NCBI RefSeq assembly: GCF_018977255.1
Contig: NW_024704742.1
Span: 99,822,001-99,886,000 of the forward strand
Length of the DNA stretch: 64,000 bases
DNA from: Callorhinchus milii
Taxonomy: Eukaryota
Direction of reading: 5' to 3'
Part shown: positions 63,530 through 64,000 of the stretch, piece by piece
Layout of the letters: each line of letters begins with the position of its first letter
Numbering within the stretch: the first letter of the stretch is position 1
Notes under the pieces: model-generated
Databases searched by the model: none
Told to the model about the DNA's origin: nothing
Seen by the model: only the letters and a program-made list of their open reading frames with translations
Made by a program: the position numbers and the translations under genes

Positions 63530-63810
63530 TCCTTGTAATGGGTCCCTCTAATAAAAGGAAGAGTCATTCACTAGCTAACCTGTCAATTTCTTTCATTGTT
63601 TTTAATACATCAATCATCCTTTCACATGCTTTAAGCTCCTCTGCTCTTAGGAAAATAACTCCAGTCTACCCAACCTCTCATCATAACTGAGCCATTCAGC
63701 TGAAGTATTAATCTAATGAAAAGCCGCTGTACATCCTCCAAGCCTAGTGTATCCTTAAGACAGGATGTGTAAAACTGAATACAGTTCAGTACTCCATTTG
63801 AGGTTTAACC
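63530..63810 (-). mobile_element. CR1 fragment
   Basis: Antisense CCAACCTCTCATCATAACT and AAAACTGAATACAGTTCAGTACTCC resemble the CR1 ORF2 C-terminal region. Confidence 0.55.
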
Positions 63811-64000
63811 ATGCTTTATTTAACTGGAAAAGAACGTCCTAAAAATACTTGTTAATGACTAATCCTATGCATGTTATGCATCTAGCAGCATAAAATACGC
63901 ACAGTGTGCATTTCCCTGAAAGACTTTGTGAGGGGAGTGTGAATAGCATTAGACAATCTCTATCAGTTTTTGTAACAGGTCATGCTCCATGTCATATTGT

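Overview
This is an AT-rich, repeat-dense vertebrate intergenic or intronic window with no recognisable host protein-coding exon, rRNA, bona fide tRNA, CRISPR or prokaryotic feature. The repeat complement suggests a cartilaginous fish such as a chimaera or shark (inference): DeuSINE/SacSINE1-like SINEs, AmnSINE2-like and LF-SINE-like relics, CR1 and L2 LINE fragments. The dominant element is a young tRNA-Ala(TGC)-headed SINE with an L2-type 3' stem-loop and (TTA)n tail, present as a short near-identical subfamily and a longer older one. Also present are a 2.3-kb decayed CR1 hit by three SINEs, a decayed L2, many L2/CR1 3' tails and palindromic MITE-like elements. The most notable unexplained structures are an apparent SINE-guided templated insertion (23.1 kb, inverted donor at 26.4 kb), a perfect 34-bp-arm hairpin (53.4 kb), several local duplications, an unrecognised three-copy repeat, and repeat-free blocks that may be conserved enhancers. 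Family names come from remembered consensus sequences, not database searches. Identities are by-eye estimates, and boundaries of old repeats are approximate. I could not confirm a novel biological system.
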